Shown in pieces: positions 33,722 to 37,522 of a stretch of 37,522 bases of DNA; the stretch's first letter is position 1; each line of letters begins with the position of its first letter. Source of the stretch: a virus. Both the position numbers and the translations under genes were made by a program. Location: the IMG/VR virus record IMGVR_UViG_3300016664_000053; one strand, given 5' to 3'. The notes under the pieces were generated by a model. That model worked only from the letters and a program-made list of their open reading frames with translations. It made no database searches and was not told where the DNA came from.

Positions 33722-33944
33722 CAAGGTGCTACACTTCGCAGCAGGGGCGGTAATCGCAAGCGCGGCCTATGCCCTCACAGGCAGCCTATGGGCCGCTGTG
33801 CTGGCCGCTGCACTCGCTGGCGCGGCAAAGGAAGCCTATGACGCCACCGGGCGCGGCACGGTCGATGCCGTGGATTTTGCCGCCACTCTCGCCGGGGCCT
33901 TGCTCCCCGCTTTCTATCACTACTCGCAGGGTCAGGGGGCATGA
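33711..33944 (+). CDS. Small membrane protein (77 aa)
   Basis: ORF 33609..33944 trimmed to ATG 33711. Two hydrophobic stretches flank KEAYDATGRGTVDAVD. Confidence 0.45.
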   Translation: MGRDKVLHFAAGAVIASAAYALTGSLWAAVLAAALAGAAKEAYDATGRGTVDAVDFAATLAGALLPAFYHYSQGQGA

Positions 33945-34234
33945 TGCCGCGCTTTGAAAATGTCTGGTCGGTCGGGAACGTCATTCAAATGGGCGTCTTT
34001 GTCGTGGCCTTTGCCGTGGCTTGGGGTTCCTCCCACAAGCGGCTGGAGCAGCTTGAGGCAACGCAGGCCGAAATGCGGCAGGGCAGTCTGGACCGCGAAG
34101 GCCGCTTGCGGGCGATGGAAATATCTGCGTCCCGGTCTGACGAGCGGATCGGCAACCTGCTTCGCAGCATGGACGAATTGAAACAGCAACAGCGCGAGAC
34201 GAATGACCTGTTGCGGGGACTGTTGAAGCCATGA
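33941..34234 (+). CDS. N-terminal TM plus coiled-coil protein (97 aa), lysis-associated candidate
   Basis: ORF track entry. VIQMGVFVVAFAVAWG, followed by a charged helical region. Confidence 0.45.
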   Translation: MMPRFENVWSVGNVIQMGVFVVAFAVAWGSSHKRLEQLEATQAEMRQGSLDREGRLRAMEISASRSDERIGNLLRSMDELKQQQRETNDLLRGLLKP

Positions 34235-34938
34235 ATCGCGCCAAGTTCTTTGACTATATGCGGGACCACTTCGGCGGCAAGATGGACGCGGATCAAGTAG
34301 CAGGCATGGAGGCATTGCTGGACGCAGGCAAGGGCTTGCCGCTGCACCACATGGCAAATGTGCTGGCGCAAGTGCGGCGCGAGACTGGCGGGCTTATGAT
34401 GCCCATCAAGGAAACAGTCATGGCGCATCACAAAAACAAGCATCCGACCGACAAGGAAGTCATCGCGCGGCTAAATCGGGCGTTTGCGGCGGGAAAGCTG
34501 AAATGGGTCAAGACGCCATATTGGCGGGATGGCTGGTTCGGGCGCGGCTTTATCCAGATCACGCACAAGGCCAATTACGACCGCATGGGCGTGACGAAAG
34601 AAAGCGCGCTTGTGCCATCCGTTGCGGCCCATGTCGCCGTCAGAGGGATGCGGGATGGCATGTTCACGGGCAAAAAGCTGGCGGATTATCGTTTTCCTGA
34701 AGATCTGGCTGCACCGCCTGCACAGAACCCGCGCAGGATCGTCAACGGGCAGGATGGATCGGACGCTGAAGTGGCGGCTTTTCATCGGCAGTTTGCCGGG
34801 GCGCTTGAATGGGCCGGGTGGGGTCAAGTCAAAGAAACGCCCAAATCCGAACATGTCGCGCCGGACGTGTTAAAGCCTTCGGCATGGGTGCGGCTGTTGA
34901 GCGCCATACTGAGCCTGTTCAATAGCCCTAAGAGGTGA
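34231..34938 (+). CDS. Endolysin, glycoside hydrolase family 19-like
   Basis: ORF track entry. RRETGG and GWFGRGFIQITHKANY match the GH19 catalytic-region pattern. Confidence 0.75.
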   Translation: MNRAKFFDYMRDHFGGKMDADQVAGMEALLDAGKGLPLHHMANVLAQVRRETGGLMMPIKETVMAHHKNKHPTDKEVIARLNRAFAAGKLKWVKTPYWRDGWFGRGFIQITHKANYDRMGVTKESALVPSVAAHVAVRGMRDGMFTGKKLADYRFPEDLAAPPAQNPRRIVNGQDGSDAEVAAFHRQFAGALEWAGWGQVKETPKSEHVAPDVLKPSAWVRLLSAILSLFNSPKR

Positions 34939-34942
34939 GGAT

Positions 34943-35128
34943 ATGATCGGACCACTTGCGCGAATTGCCGCGCGATACATTGCCGGGGCTTTGGTGGCCT
35001 ATGGCGTCTTTGCGCCGGGTGACGCCGCCGTGATCGAGCCGGATCTGGCGCTTGCCATTGGCGCGGCTGCGGGCGCGGCTGTGGAAGGGCTTTATGCTTG
35101 GGCGCGGAGGCACGGATGGGCGACTTGA
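34943..35128 (+). CDS. Small hydrophobic protein (holin-like candidate)
   Basis: ORF track entry; two hydrophobic segments; lies between the endolysin and spanins. Confidence 0.4.
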   Translation: MIGPLARIAARYIAGALVAYGVFAPGDAAVIEPDLALAIGAAAGAAVEGLYAWARRHGWAT

Positions 35129-35352
35129 TCCTGAGCCTATTTCCGGGCGGCTGGATTGCTGGCGCGGTGGCGGCTATCGGCGCGGTGCTGGCGATATGGT
35201 TCGGCGGGCGCAGATCGGCCAAGTCTGACGCCAAGGCGAAGGCCGGGCAGGATCGAGCGGAAGCATGGGAGGATCGCAATGAGGTTGAAAATCGCATTGA
35301 TCGCGGCGGCGTTCCTGCTGACCGCCTGCGTGAACGGTGGGGGCGCGACTAG
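35116..35352 (+). CDS. i-spanin-like protein (N-terminal TM)
   Basis: ORF 35098..35352 trimmed to ATG 35116 (GGAGG RBS): MGDLILSLFPGGWIAGAVAAIGAVLAIWF, followed by a charged region. Confidence 0.5.
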   Translation: MGDLILSLFPGGWIAGAVAAIGAVLAIWFGGRRSAKSDAKAKAGQDRAEAWEDRNEVENRIDRGGVPADRLRERWGRD

Positions 35353-35470
35353 CTGCGCGGGCTGGAAGCCGATCCGGCTGGATGCTGCATCCATTGACGG
35401 GCTGACAGAGCGAGACGCGCGGGACATTCTTGCGCACAACGAGTTTGGCGCGCAGCGGTGCGGCTGGTGA
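35279..35470 (+). CDS. o-spanin-like lipoprotein, overlapping the i-spanin 3' end in another frame
   Basis: ORF 35156..35470 trimmed to ATG 35279 (GGGAGGA RBS): MRLKIALIAAAFLLTAC, a lipobox. Confidence 0.6.
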   Translation: MRLKIALIAAAFLLTACVNGGGATSCAGWKPIRLDAASIDGLTERDARDILAHNEFGAQRCGW

Positions 35471-35509
35471 GATCACGCGGCACGATCAAGCGCAGGCCGT
35501 GGAAGAAGT

Positions 35510-35791
35510 GAGCGCGGCTATTACCTTAAGGTGAGATCGGTCAGGTGGTCAAGACCTGCCGCCCCTTACTGTAACCAGCCGTTAGCGTGCTGGAATGCAG
35601 CTTCTTATGAGGTTGCCGCGCTCTGGTGGTGTGCTGCGGCCTCGGCGGGGACGCGATCCACCCGCAACGATAACTCACGCGCCTACAGCACACCGCCGGA
35701 AAGCGGCTTGTGAGGGGCTATGGTTTCAGAACGAGCCGTAGCGCAGTCTGGTTCTGGACCACTTGAAAACCGCAGAGCGTTCGCCCCTCAC
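35510..35791 (+). ncRNA. Candidate structured RNA / tRNA-tmRNA-like non-coding element (unclassified)
   Basis: Hand-folded nested helices: 35510-18/35615-23, 35625-36/35686-97, 35710-18/35783-91, plus local hairpins. G.U pairs favour the + strand. No convincing ORF. Confidence 0.3.
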
Positions 35792-35800
35792 GATGGTAGG

Positions 35801-36115
35801 TTAGTCGGTCTTGTCGAAGGCGGCAAGGGCTGCGTCCAGATCGTCATATGACGCCCAAAGCCCCTCAAGCCCGTTCCCGTGATGATAGTTGAACGATACG
35901 CGCTTCGCCGCCTCCACCAGCGCCTGCACGGCGGGGTCTGGGGTGCGGTTGTTCCATGCGGCGATGGCTTCGGCGTCGGTCTTGTGCTCTTTTGAGATAA
36001 GAACAGCGCACCGCCCCATGCAGGCTATCCACGCGGGCCTTCCGTTATTCGCGTTCCACATTTCGCAAGCACCCCCGCAAAAAGGGCAGGGCAGCAGTTC
36101 TTGGGGCTTAGTCAT
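35801..36115 (-). CDS. lar: Lar-family restriction alleviation protein (zinc-ribbon) with C-terminal extension
   Basis: ORF track entry. LLPCPFCGG...C..RC...AEAIAAWNNR matches the Lar family pattern (CPFCGG ... AWNRR). Confidence 0.7.
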   Translation of the reverse strand: MTKPQELLPCPFCGGACEMWNANNGRPAWIACMGRCAVLISKEHKTDAEAIAAWNNRTPDPAVQALVEAAKRVSFNYHHGNGLEGLWASYDDLDAALAAFDKTD

Positions 36116-36127
36116 GTGCGGGGCCTT

Positions 36128-36301
36128 TCAGAAAAAGAAATTGTGAAAAAACATGGCAGACCCCCATACGGGCCAAAGTGGCGCGACGATCCAACCGAAC
36201 AGCACGGCAAGAGCGAAGGTATCAGTGTTCCAGCCCCACGCCAGCAAGTAGCCCCACGCGAAAACTACACTTAGGGCATAGATGTTGTTGAAAATGACCA
36301 T
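36128..36301 (-). CDS. Small Trp-rich two-TM membrane protein (57 aa)
   Basis: Own translation: MVIFNNIYALSVVFAWGYLLAWGWNTDTFALAVLFGWIVAPLWPVWGSAMFFHNFFF*. AAGGAG RBS. Too short for the ORF track. Confidence 0.45.
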   Translation of the reverse strand: MVIFNNIYALSVVFAWGYLLAWGWNTDTFALAVLFGWIVAPLWPVWGSAMFFHNFFF

Positions 36302-36308
36302 CACGGCC

Positions 36309-36809
36309 TCACTCCTTCACGCGTTGGGCCAGATCGGCGGGTGGGGTTTCGCCATTCATGGCGCGGCAAGTAATGGCCAGAACAAGAGCGGTTGTTCTGT
36401 CTGCGGCTCGCGCCAGTTCCAGTTCGCACTCCAAAATGCCAATGCAGGCATCACGTCCCATTTCCCATGCCCTTTTCAGATCGGCGGCGGTGAAGGTGGG
36501 GGCGGCGGAAAGGGCCGCAGGCTCATATGTTGCAGAGAAAATATCAGGCTTGCAGGGATACAGTTCACCTTTCACGCCACGAATGATGTAATCACCCCAT
36601 GTAACAAGGTGCTTTCCTTCCAGTGTGACTATCTCAAGCATGTCTGGCAGGGCGGCATTCATGTCAACGCGCTGCAAAGTTCCTTCCGCATCACGTTCCC
36701 CGTTCCACGCCTCACCTAGCCATGCAGGCCATTCGCTGTTGTCTATTCTGCGATCTGGCGTCATCTGGAACGCCTCAATTACAACAGGCTTCTTGCGGTA
36801 TTTATTCAT
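36309..36809 (-). CDS. Hypothetical phage protein with N-terminal KKPVVIEAFQ...GDYII...Y domain (recalled as PGDYG-like)
   Basis: ORF track entry; family name from memory only. Confidence 0.55.
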   Translation of the reverse strand: MNKYRKKPVVIEAFQMTPDRRIDNSEWPAWLGEAWNGERDAEGTLQRVDMNAALPDMLEIVTLEGKHLVTWGDYIIRGVKGELYPCKPDIFSATYEPAALSAAPTFTAADLKRAWEMGRDACIGILECELELARAADRTTALVLAITCRAMNGETPPADLAQRVKE

Positions 36810-37074
36810 TGCTCTTTCCTTTCAGCGCGCGGATGGCGGCGGCGATGCTATTTGCCTCTGAAATTGCACTATCAAAAACAGCTTCACCCATCTCATCGCC
36901 TCGCTTGCGATACTTCATAGCTTTTGGCTTTAACTCAGAGGCGTGGCTTTCCGCCATCTTCGCCGCTTCTTCCAGCGCGGCATCCCGTGCCTCGATGCGG
37001 GCAGCGGCAACACCCAAGAGGTCATCTTTGTAAATACGCAACTGCCTCACCAATTCTGCGTCGTCCATGGTCAT
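36802..37074 (-). CDS. Hypothetical protein (90 aa)
   Basis: ORF track entry; ATGA overlap with the upstream gene. Confidence 0.55.
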   Translation of the reverse strand: MTMDDAELVRQLRIYKDDLLGVAAARIEARDAALEEAAKMAESHASELKPKAMKYRKRGDEMGEAVFDSAISEANSIAAAIRALKGKSNE

Positions 37075-37430
37075 TCTCCCTTGATCTGTGCCAGCGCGGC
37101 GCGGGCTATCTTCACCATTTCATCGTCTGACACTCTAACCGCTACTAATTCGCCTGTGTCATCGTCCGCTGCGGCGGTCCATCCGTCTTCAATCTCCTTC
37201 AAAGCCTCCACCGCCAAGGCCAGCTTGGTCTCCGATGCGGCCAGTTCGGCCTCGGCCTTTTCGGCACGGGCGCGAACCTCTGCGCCAAGGATCAAGTGCC
37301 GCTCATGGCGATCTGCAAACCGATCACGCTCGGCCTTTAACGTCTGTATCCGGGCCACCGCATCGTCGCACTCTTCTAGTCCGTTTGCTAAAAGCAGCCG
37401 GATCAGCAGTTCGTCGTTTGCATCATCCAT
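37071..37430 (-). CDS. Hypothetical coiled-coil early protein (119 aa), paralogous to 570..971 and 968..1180
   Basis: ORF 37071..37520 trimmed to ATG 37430 (MDDANDELLIRLL...). The N-terminal PPMPPP part of the tracked ORF is a frame artefact of the GCC repeat. Contains ETKLALAVEAL. Confidence 0.6.
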   Translation of the reverse strand: MDDANDELLIRLLLANGLEECDDAVARIQTLKAERDRFADRHERHLILGAEVRARAEKAEAELAASETKLALAVEALKEIEDGWTAAADDDTGELVAVRVSDDEMVKIARAALAQIKGE

Positions 37431-37522
37431 CGGATTTCTCCCCCTTGATCTGTGCCGCTTCGAGCGCGGCGATGAGGTCTGCACGGGCGGCATCGGCGGC
37501 GGCGGCACGGGCGGCGGCATCG
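37423..37522 (-). CDS. 3' end of the junction-spanning gene that starts at 573 (…AADAARADLIAALEAAQIKGEKSDG*)
   Basis: Own translation. In frame with 1..573 if 37501-37522 is overlaid on 1-22 (551+100 nt = 217 codons). ATGGATGA overlap with the next gene. Confidence 0.5.
   Translation of the reverse strand, partial: DAAARAAAADAARADLIAALEAAQIKGEKSDG
37481..37522. repeat. Third (terminal) copy of the GGC/GCC repeat tract
   Basis: 37501-37522 is identical to 1-22. Confidence 0.9.

Noticed and set aside
35531-35713. 60-aa ORF in the structured region, and the idea of a functional tmRNA with tag RNDNSRAYSTPPESGL.
   Set aside because: The ORF has no RBS and odd composition. The tag-like frame starts with Arg rather than Ala, does not end in a hydrophobic Ala-Ala type terminus, and lies upstream rather than downstream of the GGGGC 5'-like string. 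I found no T-arm/CCA end. The evidence is too weak to call a tmRNA.
35710-35795. A tRNA gene around the GTAGCGCAGTCTGGT string, with GAGGGGC/GCCCCTC as acceptor-like stem followed by A-CGA.
   Set aside because: There is no D-stem closing strand, no anticodon arm and no canonical T-loop (TTCGCCC lacks A58 and a matching stem). A cloverleaf cannot be completed by hand. The region is kept only as part of the structured-RNA finding.

Overview
The window looks like a complete, circularly closing genome of about 37.5 kb. Its last 22 nt are identical to its first 22 nt, and a minus-strand ORF runs in frame across that junction. It is a high-GC tailed phage or prophage-like element with an HK97-type head and GTA-like long-tail genes, probably from an alphaproteobacterial host (inference only). 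Layout: (i) Leftward early operons on the minus strand. A recombination/replication block runs 9337->4426 (Sak4-like ATPase, SSB-like protein ending DDDIPF, YqaJ exonuclease, SF2 helicase, VRR-NUC). A chain of about 15 small, translationally coupled accessory genes runs 2672->1, continues through the junction 37522->35801, and ends with a Lar-family restriction-alleviation gene. (ii) An opposite-strand 3-gene cassette at 2789-4371 (wHTH protein, coiled-coil protein, C5-MTase-like protein) with its own promoter-like repeats and terminator. (iii) Rightward genes from 9456: XRE regulator, DUF3987-like replication protein, AT-rich ori-like region, beta-class DPPY methyltransferase, wHTH proteins, HD hydrolase, terminase, portal, protease, capsid, free-standing HNH, head-tail genes, tail genes with a G/GT -1 frameshift, tape measure, tail tip and fibre, and a lysis cassette (GH19 endolysin, overlapped spanins). 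I saw no integrase, tRNA, rRNA or CRISPR array. The most interesting unexplained signals are: a ~280-nt highly structured non-coding element (35510-35791) with tRNA/tmRNA-like strings where the two operons converge; an exact 13-mer ACTTTGCAAACCA and TTTGCAAA palindrome network, plus a GTTATGRTATAAC motif in front of late genes; 58-nt GCC-repeat direct repeats encoding Ala-rich tails; and paralogous coiled-coil early genes with conserved boundary sequences. I recognised no known defence or anti-defence system beyond Lar and the two methyltransferases. All functional calls are motif-level inference from reading the translations; no database search was run.
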